The notes under the pieces were generated by a model. That model was not told where the DNA came from, did no database searches, and saw nothing but the letters and a program-made list of their open reading frames with translations. The position numbers and the translations under genes are program-made. This document shows positions 11,301 through 24,285 of a DNA stretch of 60,542 bases, one piece after another. This DNA comes from Ruditapes philippinarum (lineage: Eukaryota), in NCBI RefSeq assembly GCF_026571515.1, contig NW_026858762.1, positions 124,001-184,542 of the forward strand, read 5' to 3'. Position 1 is the first letter of the stretch. Each line of letters opens with the position of its first letter.

Positions 11301-12234
11301 ATTACGTAAAAGTCATGTCCGAGATCATAATAAGAGTCATCAGGCACTGTACTCGAGGAATTGACTTCTTTTATTTTGTTTATGTTTCTATAACCAGTAA
11401 CAGGTTTTGTCTCCCGGCTTTCTGTCATCATTTTGATCACGAGTGCAATTCATCGAAATGAGCTTCCTTCGGAAGGATCATAATAGGGTGTGACAATCAA
11501 TCATGCTATAGTTGATACTCTAGCGGCCTATTTGGAAATTTACGAACTTTTATAAGCCTGTTGGATAAATATGTTTCGATAAGATGACAAAACTCATCTT
11601 CTGGAAAGAACATTTACTGATATTCTAACAAAATTTACAAATCGTTATGTAAGAGAAATCGAATAAATAGAAAATTACTCTAAATTTGGCCGATACTTAG
11701 ATACTTGCATAAATGTTGGTTAATTATAAATTATTACATATATAACCTCGTCAGATTTTATTCTTTTATGAAGGAAGACAATATTTTTTGTAGTATCTAG
11801 TAATATACAATGTAGGAAATAACAATTATGTCTTGTCTATAACGATTGTTTCTATAAGTCTATGTTTTACTTTTGATTAATCAACGGGTATTGTTACGAT
11901 GGCCGTCTGTACTTGTTGTTGTTGTTGTTGCTTTAATAAAATTGTTTACAATCAAAATGAAGTTTTATCAATAGTGAAATACTGTACTCACATATATTCA
12001 TATTGAGATTACATGACGAAAGTTAAACCAAAGTAAACCGTAAAACATGATCAAAGTTCAGTCTTTTTACAGTACTTTTCCGACAACTGTCAAAAATATA
12101 TTAATTACCGTGAGGTTTTAAAAGAAGAACTTACTTAATTCGGATTTTTTTTATGAATGACGTATTTTCTAACAGACACCTTTTAAGCGTTTATTTGCAA
12201 TATAAAATTGAATAAAACATAAAACAACAACTAA

Positions 12235-13194
12235 AGTTTGACTATTCGAAGTACATGGATAGCTGATCCACTCGCCCCGGATTCGGCGTCCGCGTCCAGA
12301 TTTCAGATTAAAGTTTTGGTGCAGTAAAATATTTTTTACTATAAGTTTTTCAATTCTTAAGGCATCAACTTCAAACTTCAAATATATGTTCCTTATCATC
12401 AACCACATCCTATGTGACAATTTTCATAACTCTAGCACCAATATTGTCAGATTTATCTCCCCTTGAATTTAGAATTTTCCTTAAAAATAATGTTTTTACT
12501 GTTACTTCTTTATTTCTTAAGGGATCAACTTCATACTTCAAATGTATGTTCCTTATCATCAACAACATCTTATGTGACAAGTGTCATAACTCTTGCACCA
12601 ATATATTCAGATTTATCTCCCCTTGAACTTTAAATTTTCCGTAGAAATGTTATTTTTACTGTTACTTCTTTATTTCTTGAGGGATCAACTTCACACTTCA
12701 AATATATGTTCCTTATCATTTACTACATCTTATGTAACAAGATTCATAACTCTAGCACCAAAATTTACTTAAAAAATATTTTTTTTACTAACTTTAGTTT
12801 TAAAGGTATCTACCTCAAACTTCATACACATATTCCTTATCAGCAAACACATCTTATGTGACAAGGTTCATAACTCTTGAAGCAATATTTTCACATTTAT
12901 CTCCCTTTGAACTTAATATTGTCTTTAAGAAAAAATATAACTTCTTTACCTTTTTAAGGTATCTACTTCAAACTTCAAATATATATTTCTTATCATTACA
13001 CACATGTTGTGTGACAAGGTTCATAACTCTAGATTATTTCCAGAATGATTCCCCCTTGAACTTGGTATAAATTTTAACAACTATAATTCTTGTCATAAGA
13101 AGAAATATATTTATATCATAATTGGTTTTGTCTTCCTTATTGCGTCAAGTATTTAATTAGTCGAGCTTCGCTGTCTTCTGTGACAGCTCTTGTT
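12235..13194 (+). mobile_element. Helentron-associated (HINE/DINE-1-like) non-autonomous element with internal ~155-bp tandem repeats, copy 1
   Basis: (gcgtcc)n microsatellite near the 5' end, ~5 internal repeats, 3' subTIR tagtcgagct, short hairpin gctgtc..gacagc, terminal tcttgtt. Confidence 0.75.
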
Positions 13195-13559
13195 ATTAGA
13201 ATATTTTTTAATATAATCAATCACTTATTTTTAATGCCATAAACTTAGACAAATTGTCAAATTAAAAAAAAAAACAGTTAACTTGTGTCCCTAAATATAA
13301 AATACGATTTTGGATTCATGCACTATTAATCATTTCTTACTAATATGAACATAAATGTCAGATTTTCATCATTTTACTTATTCACTGTGATTGATAAATA
13401 TTTTAAAGAATCTTTTTCAACATTTGCGATTGATTAATTTGCTGAAAAAAGGTTAAAAAATTTAAAACAATTCAGAAGATTAAAATTTGAAAATTGTTAT
13501 GTGATACAAAATTAGTTTTTGAAATAGGCTGTTAAATTTTGTGGCATGGGTGGCATTCA

Positions 13560-14280
13560 TTTAAATCTTCCAAAAAAGATAGCTGTTTGATGACAGCATT
13601 TTTGCATCGCAAATGTGTATGCTATTCCATGGACAATAATTCTCCAATGTATACATGTTTTTTAAATGCGTCCACACTTGGATTTCTTCATTGTTACCAT
13701 TGCGCATGGAGTGCCAGACAAAATATTTTGTTGACATTTGAGTAAATATAGGCAATTTATTATTATGTAATGCTTTGATTTAAAATATCAGCTGTTGTAA
13801 AATGTATAATAGTGTATTGTATATCGAAATTGATTTCCACGCGTGTAATTAGATAAACATTGTATCGAGTCTGTAAAAGGCGTTGTATTCCTTGTGTTTA
13901 TTTATAGTAAAGAGGGATATGTTTGCCTTTACTTTTTAAATTATTTGCTTATATTCTTCAATTTTTTACAGAATGTCAAGCTCTTGTGTTGTTACTAAAA
14001 CAGTATAAAAGTGGTATTGATATATCTTTGTTTCAAATATTTAAATCTTTCTCGAAAACTGTTACAGGTATGTAAAATCAAATGGATTTGTCTCCGACCG
14101 CTTCCCCGTGCTGCAAGGTACACGCCAAGGACATGAAGGACAATGTTGTAGCCCACAATTCTATATCTTCTTTATAAATGAACATGATTGATATGTGTAA
14201 AAGTCCAACCTCAGATATGGTCATCATTTCAAATGTCAAAAAGGACTCGATGAACTTACAGATACATGTTTTAAGTACAC
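13560..14280 (+). pseudogene. Highly decayed non-LTR reverse transcriptase fragment
   Basis: KKDSCLMTAFL...YSMDNNSPMYTCFLNAS resembles the region before the CFLD..AFD motif. NGFVSDRFPVLQGTRQG..CSPQFYIFFIN resembles the GxxQG/SP motif. Confidence 0.6.
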
Positions 14281-14909
14281 AAAAAAAACGCAGCGTTTTT
14301 AATAATAAATGTAGCAACCTAATTAAGACTATGGAAAATGGGAATTAAATTATAATGAAACTAATTCATATACCCATCTGGGCGTTCTTTGTACACATAG
14401 CATAAATCTTCGCAAAAATATAAGTGAAAACTTCATAAACCTGGGAAAACGTTCTTTAGCTTAACTAACAGTGGAATAGGGAAAATGGACTTCAAGGCGT
14501 ATTTACGAAACTAAAGTTCTCCCAGCTGCTCTATACGAGAATGAATTATGGAGCGGTTTCTCCTTTATTCAAATTAGACATATTTAGATTTCAATTAATT
14601 TCCTTGCTCAAGGATGATCACAGTATATCTTTAATATATACAAAAGTTGATTTGTGATATTAAATATGCAATACAGCCAGTTTTAATTATATTTATATAG
14701 AGAGATGGTTAGGTATTTCGAAACATTTAATGTGAGACATGCAGCATCCTAGCGCGAAAGCAATATGTAATGCTTGGCTTATCACGTCCTTAAAAGTATA
14801 TATGTATTAAGTAAATACGGGTTAATTCAATTTTCGGTTTTTGAAAGACTTGTGTAGTATATTGAAAATATTTTACACATTTTAAGACGTTTAATGAATA
14901 AATACATGT

Positions 14910-17900
14910 ATGACAAATTATATATTGTCATTTCTAGTTCTCTGTCTCAGTTTAGAGATGATATTTTATATACAAAAACTGGAGACGTTACAGCTAGAGT
15001 ACCGCTCGCTATCTGCTGATGTACATGGTGAGTTTTTCAAATTTAAATCAAGTAAATTAAATTCAGTTATGGGCATTTAGACAATTAAAGCTGGCCAATA
15101 TGATATGTAAGACCGTCAATTTCTGTTAACCATGAACGTTTATTATACTTTATACATCCTGAATTTCCTACTTTCGATTTTGATTTCTGCATTTTATGGT
15201 TGCTGATATGTGCCATGTCGTATTTTCACACGATAATACAACAAAGTGGCACACATCAGCCACCATAGCATCTTTAGTTATCATCTATAACCATTCTTAC
15301 AACAACGCAGCACACCTCTAGGTATAAGAAATCATGAAAAATTCGAAACATGTATATATAGATGATATTGAAGAGTGTAGATTTAATACTAAATTTATCG
15401 AACGAGTTGAATAAAATCATATTATGCGAGCCTCTGGCGAGCATAATATTGTTTTAATAAATTTAGTATTGAAACAACACAAATATAATATTTTATTTAT
15501 CACATAATTATATAAAATAAGAACGGTAAACTGTTAACAAGAGTCATTTTTATTTGATGCACCTATAGTGTAAAGGTAACAAGTCAAAATAGTTTATTGG
15601 CATAAACGTTTTACACGTTCATCGCCAAGTTATATAAATGGCGGTTAATAATTTCACATAAAACATTGCATATACAAATACAAATTTTGTAATAAATACA
15701 TGTACAAAACATACATAATATTTAAGTACAGAAAAGCATGGTGATGAATTTAACATAGCTATATAATTACAGGCAAATAACAGTGAAACACAAAAAACAA
15801 CATTGATTTTCAGATTAATATTGTTTGTAAATAAAGAAAAAAATATTAACAGAAAACTAGACAGTATTTCTTTTTTCAAATGATAAGTGAATATATTTAG
15901 CTAATTTTATCATAACGTTTTTAGAAGAAGCAGTCATTATACTTTTAAATTTGTTTATATTTGGCCAAGTATAATAGTATCTTGGTAGATAAAGTGCTCT
16001 TAAATCAGAATAATATGGACATATCAATAACAGATGATACTCATTTTCAACCACTTTCATATTACATTTCACACATAATCTATTGTTTCTATCTATATTT
16101 CTGAAGCGACCTTCCTCTATAGCTAATCTATGAGCCGAACATCTAAATTTTGAAAGGGATTTTCTATGTTTATCATTTGTTATAAAACTAAGATATTTTT
16201 CATAACCAAAATCAGTTTTTAATTTCTTTATAAACTTCTCATTTTCTAGATACACGCAGTTCAGCATACCAATTTTGCATATTTTGATCTTTAATACGTT
16301 GGATAATACTATTTAATTGAGAATTATTTAATACTAAGTTTGGATCCCACAAATATTGTAAACCAAGCGAATTTAACAAACGTTTTACATTTAATGTCCA
16401 GGCATTGACTAAATTATCATTCTGGTCTTTTAACTTCATAATTTTATACATAAGTGTACCTGGGATTTTCCTAATTCTAGACCAAAATTTTATTATTCTG
16501 ATATTACGAATGACTGATAATGGAAATTTACCCGATTCTCCATAAACGGTAACATTAGCGCGCTTTAACGCTATGTTTATAGCGCAAATGACGTCACGTC
16601 AAAGTGTTATTACACTAGTGTAATATCGTCTAGTGTAATATCGTTTTTATTAAAAGGCTTACACTCCTGCGCCACGGTTTATGTGATAATTAAAAATAGT
16701 GTATTGTTAAGTGAACGAAGAAAGTTATTTACACATTGCAAGAGCTCAAATTATTGCAAAATTAGCCCTTACTGCGTTAATCAGGCAGTATAAATACGGT
16801 GATAAATACTGAAAAATCACTCATTTATTGCAAATAAGATCTAGATGTAAACAATCTTGAATATTTCTACTTTTCTTAAAATCTTACAACTTTTTTCTCA
16901 ACTTTGATTTTTAAAAAAAATATTTTGGCTCATTTGGAGGCATTCAACTTTTAAGATAAGAAAAACATATACATTCTCAAACTCCTCACAGTGATTACCT
17001 CCCTTGGCAGAATTGTAATCACTGCCTTCAAAGACGTCACATGATGATGAAAGTCACATGACGTTACGTCGAAATTCAAATGTAAATATCGACCGTTACA
17101 AAGAAAATCTAACGTCATTTTTCTCTTTCTGTTTTATTTTTAACTTTTTGTACCTACGTCCGTTATATTTTAACAAAAAATTATCAAAAGTACACAAAAT
17201 AATGAAAAATAAATTAAAAAGCTAAAAAATATAAATATCCAAATTTGGATATTTCAATGTTTGTGATGGAAGAGATCTCTGTACTGATAAGGGGAGATCA
17301 CTGCGTAGGAGATTGATACATTCTATAAAAGGTATTTATCCTATTTTACTTGCTCAAACAATTTAGGTACTTTAAACATAACATGGCTTTTAGAGACACC
17401 TATAAAAAGTTTTATTCATCTGCCTAAAAGCCCTTTGATATTGTCAGGTACAGAAGCTTGAGGGCAGGAGTACAGGGCTGCGTTCCATGAAAGTTACTCT
17501 CCCCTGTTGATATGTTTTCTTTGGATATGTTTTCTATGTGTTCTCATATCTTTAATTACTGATAATAACCTTTTGATTTGTATTTCAATCAAATTTAATG
17601 TTACAGAGTAATTAAGTTTCAACTAAAATTATAGATTTTAGATTTTATTTCCAAATACATGTGGGTTATACCCATGAGTACACAGCATATATACAAACAT
17701 ACATACATACAGAGACATACTATCAAAGTCATTAAATTTATATAGCATATATTTAACATTTACTGTATATTTGAGACATAAGTTTGGTTTAATATGAACG
17801 GAATTATCATATTACAGCAAGGTTTAAATGAAGCACAAGTTTTGCATAATGATACCGATTACATTACATTTACCTTCCTAGCTAATATAATTTACGAATA

Positions 17901-18707
17901 GTCAACATTTGTTCTTGATTCAAACATTTTAAGATAAACATGATAATTTTCTTATAATATTTTTAATTTGAGATGTTAACAATTCAATAAATTTTGGTAT
18001 ATTTGTTTTTTTTTTCCAAATATACATGTTGATTACTTTACGACTTTTAATTGTTGGTTGTTTTATCATATGTTTTAAGTTGGCAAGTAGATTGGATATC
18101 ATTTTTCAATTTAAATGAAAACTCATGAATAAACATGTATTATTATTTTGCAGGCCGGAAAGAGAGTTGTTCAAGGGAAAATTGCCAAGAGCCAACGGAA
18201 ACAACATGTATCAATGATAAAACATCTGGTAACAGTCGACCTATCGTTAATGCATTCTCTGTAAGTGACCCAAGGTCTGTGTCTCCAGCAGAATCTCTAA
18301 ATAAACTACAGAACTATTCTAAAGTTCATTTCAACGAAGGAACGGATTTTAACGCGGACACAGGGATATTTTCTTGTAGTAAACCAGGGGTGTATTATTT
18401 CAGTGCCTCTCTTATCAAAAAGCGTGCGTATGAGAATTCCGAAAAAGTTGATCTGTTACATTGTATTATTTACAAAAACACTGGAACCATGCTGGAATTA
18501 CGTGTTGATCCTACCGACGGCCCTAAAGTTGACGTTGATAATATCTCTGCAGATATTGGAAGTACGGCTGTGACTAACTCGATGGTTATAAGACTTGGAA
18601 AAGGCGACACAGTTTATCTAGGGGATTCTGACAACCCACTGACATCTCTTGAGTCTTGGTCTTCTTTCTCCGGATTCTTGTTATACCCAGATGTCGGAAG
18701 CATTTAA
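14910..18707 (+). CDS. C1q-domain-containing protein, copy 2 (exons 14910-15027, 18154-18707)
   Basis: MTNYILSFLVLCLSLEM...SADVH G|gtgagt, acceptor ttttgcag|GC in frame. Intact gC1q exon. Confidence 0.9.
15360..16690 (+). mobile_element. Non-autonomous hairpin+IR element (family C), interrupted by a LINE fragment
   Basis: Hairpin 15375-15480 with atattatg-CGAG-cc-tct-gg-CGAG-cataatat. 11-bp IR ttatcacataa (15497-15507/16679-16689). Absent from the intron of C1q copy 1. Confidence 0.75.
15582..16547 (-). mobile_element. 3' fragment of an RTE-X-like LINE with 7-bp TSD
   Basis: ORFs 16239-16451 and 15857-16267 (FRCSAHRLAIEEGRF...LCVKC...ENEYHLLLICPYY). ggtaaca is duplicated at 15575-15581 and 16548-16554. 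Empty site at ~27038. Confidence 0.88.
16978..17315. mobile_element. MITE with imperfect TIRs and 9-bp TSD (Mutator-like by TSD length)
   Basis: atacattct is duplicated at 16969-16977 and 17316-17324. Ends caaactcctcacagtgat / atcactgcgtaggagattg. Empty in units 1 and 3. Confidence 0.8.
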
Positions 18708-19382
18708 AGGTTAATATATTCAAATTGTCAGTGCATGCAGTAAACAGATATATGTTTGTCATTTAAACTTACAACGACAATAGTCAGCGATTTCGAATGT
18801 GTATTTACGACAGTATTGGGGTTTGCAGTAAGGGAATCATGCGGTTTCTTGCTATCATCTTGCTATGATTATTATCATTTTATATAAGCTTACCGCTCTT
18901 TGAATATAAGGCACATATTTGTTACTACGTGACCACAAATGATCAATTGTCACACCCTTAAGTGATCAACGTGAATAGAGCATCTAGCGATGCACCTTTG
19001 GTAGTTTGTGCTGGAGGATCACTATACATATATTACGCTTTTCATCTACTTCATCCGGGGTAACTGTTTCTTTTTGTCTTATAGATGCCCTCGGTTATCT
19101 TATATAAAGTGAATAGGAAATATCTTGCATAAACAGACACTCCCCAAAAACCCTGACTGTCCTCTGGGGAAAGATCCAATGGTTTATGAGCTACATTGCG
19201 ATTACTTAAAAAAAAGAAATTTCATAAACCAGCATGTAAAATGGCCACCCTGAATATTGGCTCTGTGTCTCTTTTTGCGAAAATGATATTGCATTTTGTT
19301 GCTTTTAATCATTTTTTTTGCCTGTTGTCGGTCCTGATTCATGAGTCAAATACATAGTATTAGTTTTTTATTATTAATATTT

Positions 19383-20381
19383 TAAAATAGATAAATACAG
19401 AATCCCTAAAGAAAGCCCAACACGGCAAAATTGAAAATGTTGCAGGCTCGGTTTGATTGAGCGTGTTCATGGACGGTACTGGAAGGTGCAAGTTACCGTC
19501 CACGCCCCCTAGCACCGGCTTAAGCAGAATTCAACATTTAAACGTGAAATAGTAAAATTTTGAATTTAGAAACATCCGCAGATGTGTTCATACGGCGGTT
19601 ATCATGGAACCTTCAATGTGACACTTCCGTGCCATTCCATGAAAAGCGGCGTATGGTCCCCAAGTGATAAAAAGCGTGTGCCCTAAACGAGAAAACAATG
19701 GGCAGAACTAAATAAAATGGAATTTTGATAGGGGATCAGAGGTTATGAAGCCTGCGTATCACAGATAAGACGTCAAAAGACAAATTTAAAAAGCAGGCAA
19801 CATATCCTTAGGGTGATTCAACATTATTCAAGTAGGAATATTGGAACCACCCAACTAGAAAATGCCGAAAAGGTGAAAATAAAAATACCACAAGCACAAC
19901 AATAATGTCGTGCTGAACGATCTTCAAGGATCGAAAATATAACATCATTGATTAAATGTACGGGGAGACTTTTTACAGCCGCCACACGGCACAAATAACA
20001 CGGATGTGATCATAAAATAGATAAATACAGAATCCCTAAAGAAAGCCCAACACGGCAAAATTGAAAATGTTGCAGGCTCGGTTTGATTGAGCCTGTTCAT
20101 GGACGGTACTTGAAGGTGCAAGTTACCGTCCACGCCCCCTAGCACCGGCTTAAGCAGAATTCAACATTTAAACGTGAAATAGTAAAATTTTGAATTTAGA
20201 AACATCCGCAGATGTGTTCATACGGCGGTTTTCATGGAACCTTCAATGTGACACTTCCGTGCCATTCCATGAAAAGCGGCGTATGGTCCCCAAGTGATAA
20301 AAAGCGTGTGCCCTAAACGAGAAGACAATGGGCAGAACTAAATAAAATGGAATTTTGATAGGGGATCAGAGGTTATTAAGC
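19383..20381. mobile_element. Dispersed repeat inserted as ~1.6 head-to-tail copies of a 630-bp unit
   Basis: 19383-~19750 is repeated at 20013-~20381. Absent from units 1 and 3. Related pieces at ~27945-28025, ~42280-42450, ~43180-43560 (inverted) and ~53200-53275. Confidence 0.8.
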
Positions 20382-21354
20382 TTTGGTTTTATAATCGAAA
20401 AGTAAAAGTCATGTCTGAGATTATAATAAGAGCCATCACGCACTGTACCCGAGGAAATTGACTTCTTTTATTTTGTTTCTATAACCAGTAACAGGTTTAG
20501 TCTCCGGGCTTTATGTCAACATTTTGATCACGAGTGCAATTCATCGAAATGAGTTTCCCTTTGGTATTTTATTCGGAACGATCATTATAGGGTGTGACAA
20601 TCAATCATGCTTTAGTTGATACTCGAGCGGCCTATTTGGATATTTACGAACTTTTATCAGCCTGTTGTATAAATATGTTTTGATGAGATGACAAAACTCA
20701 TCTTCTGGAAAGAATATTTACTGATATTCTAACAAAAGTTACAAAATGTTATGGAAGGGTATTCGAATAAATAGAAATTTTCTCTAAATTTGGCCGATGC
20801 TTAGATACTTGCATAAATGTTGGTTAATTATAAATTATAACATATATAACCTCGTCAGGTTTTATTGTTGTATGAAGGAAGACAATATTTTTTTGGAGTA
20901 TCTAGTAATATACAATGTAGGAAATAACAATTATGTCTTGTCTATAACGATTGTTTCTATAAGTCTATGTTTTACTTTTGATTAATCAACTGGTATTGTC
21001 ACGATGGTTTGTACTTGTTGTTGTTGTTGCTTTCAAAGATTTGTTTAATAAAATTGTTTACAATCAAAATGAAGTTTTATCAATAGTGAAATACTGTACT
21101 CACATATATTCATATTGAGTTTACATGACGAAAGTTAAAACAAAGTAAACCGTAAAACATGATCAAAGTTCAGTCTTTTTACAGTACTTTTCCGACAACT
21201 GTCAAAAATATATTAATTTCCGTGAGGTTTTAAAAGAAGAACTTACTTAATTCGGATTTTTTTTTATGAATGACGTATTTTATAACAGACACCTTTTAAG
21301 CGTTTATTTGCAATATAAAATTGAATAAAACATAAAACAACAACTAAAGATGCA

Positions 21355-22443
21355 TTTTAAGATTGACTATTCGAAGTACATGGATAGCTGATCCACTCGC
21401 CGCGGCGTCGGTGTCCGCGTCAAGATTTCAGATTAAAGTTTTGGTGCAGTAAAATATTTTTCACTATAACTTTTTCAATTCTTAAGGCATCGACTTCAAA
21501 CTTCAAATATATGTTCCTTATCATCAACCACATCCTATGTGAGAATTTTCATAACTCTTACACCAATATTTTCAGATTTATCTCCCCTTGAACTTAGAAT
21601 TTTCCTTAATTTTTTTTTTACTGTTACTTCTTTATTTCTTAAGGGATCAACTTCATACTTCAGGTATATGTTCCTTATCATCAACCATATCCTATGTGTA
21701 AATGTTCATAACTCTAGCACCAATATTGTCAGATTTATCTCCCCTTGAACTAAAAATCATGTTTTTACTGTTACTTCTTTATTTCTTAAGGGATCAACCA
21801 TATACTTCAAATGTATGTTCCTTATCATCAACAACATCTTATGTGACACGGTTCATAACTCTAGCACCAATATATTCAGATTTATCTCCCCTTGAACTTT
21901 AAATTTTCTGTAGAAATGTTATTTTTACTGTTACTTCTTTATTTCTTGAGGGATCAACTTCACACTTTAAGTATATGTTCCTTATCATTTACTACATCTT
22001 ATGTAACAAGATTCATAACTTTAGCACAAATATTCACTTAAAAAATGTTTTTTTACTAACTTTAGTTTTAAAGGTATCTACCTCAAACTTCAAACACATA
22101 TTCCTTATCATCAGACAAGGTTCATAACTCTTGAAGCAATATTTTCACATTTATCTCCCTTTGAACTTAGTATTGTCTTTAAGAAAAATTATAACTTCTT
22201 TACCTTTTTAAGGTATCTACTTTAAACTTCAAATATATATTTCTTATCATTACACACAAGCTGCAGTGTGGCAAGGTTCATAACTCTAGTATGACTTTTT
22301 CCAGAATGACTTGGCATAAAGTTTAACAACTATTATTCTTGTCATATGAAGAAATATATTTATATCCTAATTGGTTTTTTCTTCCTTATTGCGTCAAGTA
22401 TTTAATAAGTCGAGCTTCGCTGTCTTCTGTGACAGCTCTTGTT
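21355..22443 (+). mobile_element. HINE/Helentron-like element, copy 2 (~6 internal repeats)
   Basis: Paralogue of 12235-13194 with the same 3' end. Confidence 0.75.
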
Positions 22444-22804
22444 ATTAGAATATTTTTTAATATAATCAATCACTTATTTTTAATGCCATAAACTTAGACA
22501 AATTGTCAAATAAAAAAATCCAGTTAACTTGTGTCCCTAAATATAAAATACGATTTTGGATTCAGTCACTATTAATCATTTCTTACTAATATGAGCATAA
22601 ATGTCAGATTTTCATTATTTTACTTATTCACTGTGATTGATAAATATTTTAAAGAATCTTTTTCAACATTTGCGATTGATTAATTTGCTGAAAAAGGTTC
22701 AAAAATTTAAAACAATTCAGAAGATTAAAATTTGAAAATTGTTATGTGATACAAAATTAGTTTTTGAAATAGGCTGTTAAATTTTGCGGCATGGCTGGCA
22801 TTCA

Positions 22805-23685
22805 TTTAAATCTTCCAAAAAAGATAGCTGTTTGATGACAGCATTTTTGCATCGCAAATGTGTATGCTATTCCATGGACAATAATTCTCCAATGTATACA
22901 TGTTTTTTAAGATGCGTCCACACTTGGATTTCTTCATTGTAACCATTGCGCATGGAGTGCCAGACAAAATATTTTGTTGACATTTGAGTAAATATAGGCA
23001 ATTTATTATCATGTAATGCTTTGATTTAAAATATCAGCTTTTGTAAAATGTATAATAGTGTATTGTATATCGAAATTGATTTCCACGCGTGTAATTAGAT
23101 AAACATTGAATCGAGTCTGTAAAAGGCGTTGTATTCCTTGTGTTTATTTATAGTAAAGAGGGATATATTTGCCTTTACTTTTTAAATTATTTGCTTATAT
23201 TCTTCAATTATTTACAGAATGTCAATTTATAGTAAAGAGGGATATATTTGCCTTTACTTTTTAAATTATTTGCTTATATTCTTCAATTATTTACAGAATG
23301 TCAATTTATAGTAAAGAGGGATATATTTGCCTTTACTTTTTAAATTATTTGCATATATTCTTCAATTATTTACAGAATGTCAAGCTCTTGTGTTGTTACT
23401 TAAACTGTATCAAAGTGGTATTGATATATATTTGTTTCAAATATTTAAATCTTTCTCGAAAACTGTTACAGCTATGTAAAATCAAATGGATTTGTCTCCG
23501 ACCGATTCCCCGTCCTGCAAGGTACACGTCAAGGACATGAAGGACAATGTTGTAGTCCTCAATTCTATATCTTCTTCATAAATGCACATGATTGATATGT
23601 GTAAAAGTCCAACCTCAGATATGGTCATCATTTCAAATGTCAAAAAGGACTCGATGAACTTACAGATACATGTTTTAAGTACACA
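22805..23685 (+). pseudogene. Decayed RT fragment, paralogue of 13560-14280
   Basis: Near-identical sequence, with an internal 79-bp triplication. Confidence 0.55.
23146..23382. repeat. 3 x 79-bp tandem repeat
   Basis: tagtaaagagggatatatttgcc... occurs at 23151, 23230 and 23309. Single copy in the paralogous region at ~13905. Confidence 0.9.
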
Positions 23686-24285
23686 AAAAAAAAACCCGCA
23701 GCGTTTTTAATAGTAAATGTAGCAACCTAATTAAGACTATGGAAAATGGGAATTAAATTAAAATGAAACTAATTAATATACCCATCTGGGCGTTCTTTGT
23801 ACACATAGCAAAAACATAAGTGAAAACATAAACCTGGGAAAACGTTCTTTAGCTTAACTAACAGTGGAATAGGGAAAATGGACTTCAAGGCGTATTTACG
23901 AAACTAAAGTTCTCCCAGCTGCTCTATACGAGAATGAATTTTGGAGCGGTTTCTCCTTTATTCAAATTAGACATATTTAGATTTCAATTAATTTCCATGC
24001 TCAAGGATGATCACAGTATATCTTTAATATATACAAAAGTTGATTTGTGATATTAACTATGCAATACAGCCAGTTTTAATTATATTTATATAGAGAGATG
24101 GTTAGGTATCTCGAAACATTTAATGTGAGACATGCAGCATCCTAGCGCGAAATGCTTGGTTTATCACGTCCTTAAAAGTATATATGTATTAAGTTAATAC
24201 GGGTTAATTCAACTTTCGGTTTTGGAAAGACTTGTGTAGTATATTGAAAATATTTTACACATTTTAAGACATTTAATGAATAAAT

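Larger units (their letters stand above)
8040..11301 (-). mobile_element. Crypton-like (DUF3504 tyrosine recombinase) DNA transposon with IR pair and terminal hairpin
   Basis: 23-bp perfect IR ttatcgcatgaccgccacaactt (8040-8062/11097-11119) and a ~178-bp hairpin (11123-11300). Absent from the paralogous sites ataatcgaaaagtaaaagtc at ~20391 and ~29801. No clear TSD. Encodes a tyrosine recombinase. Confidence 0.88.

Noticed and set aside
12169-13070. Short ORFs with repeated FITLAPI.SDLSPLE peptides (also 21539-21902, 31299-31484)
   Set aside because: Translations of the HINE internal tandem repeat, with no stable frame.
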